Shown one piece after another: positions 61,762 through 64,000 of a DNA stretch of 64,000 nucleotides. The notes under the pieces are model-generated. The model was not told the origin of the DNA, did not search any database, and worked only from the letters and a program-made list of their open reading frames with translations. The stretch comes from Neoechinorhynchus agilis (taxonomy: Eukaryota > Animalia > Acanthocephala): NCBI GenBank assembly GCA_051530055.1, contig CM121342.1, positions 9,811,480 to 9,875,479 on the forward strand, given 5' to 3'. The stretch's first letter is position 1. Each line of letters opens with the position of its first letter. The translations under genes and the position numbers were made by a program.

Positions 61762-62069
61762 CTGAAATTAGAGTAAAACTAATTTCATTAAAATTTATCC
61801 TTCTCACGACTTTTCCTCTCTCGAGAAATTGCGGTTCCCTCGACAACCAATTTAACCTGTTTTGTGCAATAAACCCATCGTTTCTTCGGCTTTCCTCGTC
61901 GGCGATTTCCCGTTATTTCTAGTTTCTCCGTGCGGCGCAGTATGTAATCTGCTTCGCAATTCGAAACTTTAGTGCCAGCGCAACCTTCTTTGGACGATCA
62001 AATCTGAACAGCGGCAAGTGCCGAACCACGCGAAGAACTTGCGCGTTAGTCCTTTGGTTGATTCGGTTG

Positions 62070-62170
62070 TTGGTTGTCATTTGGGTCAAAATTTGGCAAG
62101 AATTTTACAGCTGGATGCCCTTCCTGACGCAAGCCCTCCTCCTTGTTCAACCGGGCTTTGAACCGTCCTT
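62070..62170 (+). mobile_element. SINE fragment with MetaSINE-like central domain
   Basis: TTTTACAGCTGGATGCCCTTCCTGACGCAAGCCCTCC..CCGGGCTT resembles, from memory only, the conserved Meta-domain of animal SINEs. No intact tRNA head was seen. Confidence 0.4.
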
Positions 62171-62968
62171 CGCGTAATTTATTTGATTAAAATTTATGAA
62201 TAACTAAATAATAGAAATTAAGTACTCAATCAGTTTGAATAAAATTTAAGCAATAAACTACGCTTAGCTTTCAAAAACGTCTATTGTATCAATGAGAATT
62301 TTATCTGACATGAAAAATCAAGAATCCTTTATCAAATGCATTAGGTATTGCATGGAAAAGCAGCCTTATAAAACAGATAGAATAGTTGCTGCAAAACTAC
62401 AAATCGCTGGCCCAATGGAAAAGCTTTTGTGATTTGTTTTAACATCTATTTAAATTGTATGTAGTTATGGTTGCAATGAAAGAGCTTGTGAGCGAACGGC
62501 AATGGCTATGCCTTTAGTAAAAGAAGCGTCGGAATCGTTTGTCATAAACTTATACACGGGAATTGGTATTTCAGAACATTCTTCGAATTATGGACGCTGG
62601 GTGAATCTTATCCCCATTTAGTCTACTGAAATATCACGGATATTATATTCAATCTGTTTCGCTTTTAATTTCACACTCTTTATAATACAGCCGTGACATG
62701 TAAGCATGACTAAGACTAAATGTGCTCAACCCCAAACTATAAGCTTTCGAATACGCAATGGTGTTCGAAATCTCCGAGGTTTTGGACAACGAAATTCAGT
62801 TTTAAACAATGCGATCAATTAAAATTGTCAACTTAATTTCGCTTTAATCAAGTTCATGAAATAAAAACGGAATGTTTCCTTCGATACAATGTTAATGATT
62901 AATAAAAAGCAGGTCAAAAAAATGTTGTCATTCCAACTTAATATTTCTATACAAATTTTAAGAAGCTC

Positions 62969-63536
62969 TCATTCAAAACGTAAATCAGAACGTATACTTG
63001 AAAGGATATAGTCTTCGTTGTCGATCCTTAGCATTACATCTTCGATTTGCAAAGTCAGTTTATAACGGATAAACGTGATGTGTTTAGCTTTAGCAATGAT
63101 CTGGCATGAACTTTTATAAAAATCCATCTCATCTTCATTTATATCATCTTGAGAGTTCAATGAATCACTACCAGATACATCTGAAAATTCATCCATTTGA
63201 CTGATATCTTCTACAATTTTCACAGCTTTTTCTTATATAATGAAAATAAATCCAGGTTTAAGTTGTAATTTTCTTACCTTCCGTCGCATGGCTCTCAAGT
63301 TCTTTTTCTTGAATAAAACATGATTATAATGCGAAAATGATATACAAATAAAACCTTTATAGACTTTTTCGCTAATTTCCGATAGTTTTTTCTTCCACCG
63401 CTATTTTAGACGATTAAACGATAGATTTTGTAGAGAAATGACTGACCTGTCTAACATGCTGTCGCTTTTCGCTATTAAGGCCATAAGTTAACATTGATTT
63501 TGTTACCGCATGAATTATGGTTTTAATTTGAATTGC
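62969..63536 (-). CDS. Compact, divergent TFIIA alpha/beta (GTF2A1-like) protein; at least 4 exons, first exon unresolved
   Basis: Phase-compatible exons are 63536-63447, 63400-63355, 63307-63278 and ~63231-62969. The N-helix reads TIIHAVTKSMLTYGLNSEKRQHVRQ|RWKKKL. The C-domain reads DSLNSQDDINED..CQII..YKLTLQIEDVMLRIDNEDYIL, cf. GTF2A1 PLNSEDD..VCQYDK..WKFHLKDGIMNLNGRDYIF. Confidence 0.7.
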
Positions 63537-64000
63537 CTGTCAAATCAATGAAGTCATAACCAACTTTTGCTTAATATTAATAATATTTTTCTACATGTCC
63601 TTCGTCGGCAAATATAAATTTAAAAAACAATTCCTGTATATACATTTTGTGCTTAACAGATATTTATTAGCTATTTCGAATAAATCAAAGATTATTTAAG
63701 AACTAAGGAATTATCTTCAAACAAAAGCAATTCGATCGGTTACAGTTCAAGTGTAAAATTAAAGTAACTTATATAAACTCGATGAAGACGAAATATTTAG
63801 CTTAATTATTATAATAATACTTATTCTCCGGGAATTTATATTTCAAAACCTTTAATCCGATCTCATGTTGCACTTGTGCGTTCATTTAAATAAGCTTTAA
63901 TGTCCACGTCAAATAAAAGTTTACAAATCTAAAATTTGATAAGTTTGATTTAAATGACATCAACCATGTACCATACGTTCAATAGAATTAAGTACTATAT

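Overview
AT-rich, gene-dense nuclear DNA from a bilaterian invertebrate. It carries a Hox4/Dfd gene and mostly ~38-55 nt GT-AG introns; the taxon cannot be assigned from the sequence alone. Recognisable genes in order: ACAP/ASAP-type ArfGAP (-), KMT5A/PR-Set7 (-), a myristoylated neuronal calcium sensor (-), AMMECR1 (+), DPH3 (-), a CxxxC type I membrane protein (+), a divergent tetraspanin (-), BPNT1 (-) head-to-head with an unknown ORF (+), a Gln/Pro-rich secreted precursor (-), MRPL10 (+), an unclustered Hox4/Dfd (+), a miniature P450-like gene (-), LMO7-like PDZ/LIM (+), an FP-domain (PI31-like) ORF (-) and a compact divergent TFIIA-alpha/beta-like gene (-). Repeats include a CsRn1-type gypsy fragment with a tRNA-Trp PBS, nested LINE and gypsy debris, and three tandem arrays (~300, ~390 and 93 bp units). 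The most notable signal is a dispersed family of 120-200 bp palindromes whose arms each carry an outward-reading hammerhead-ribozyme-like core. All gene models, alignments and folds were worked out by eye and are unverified.
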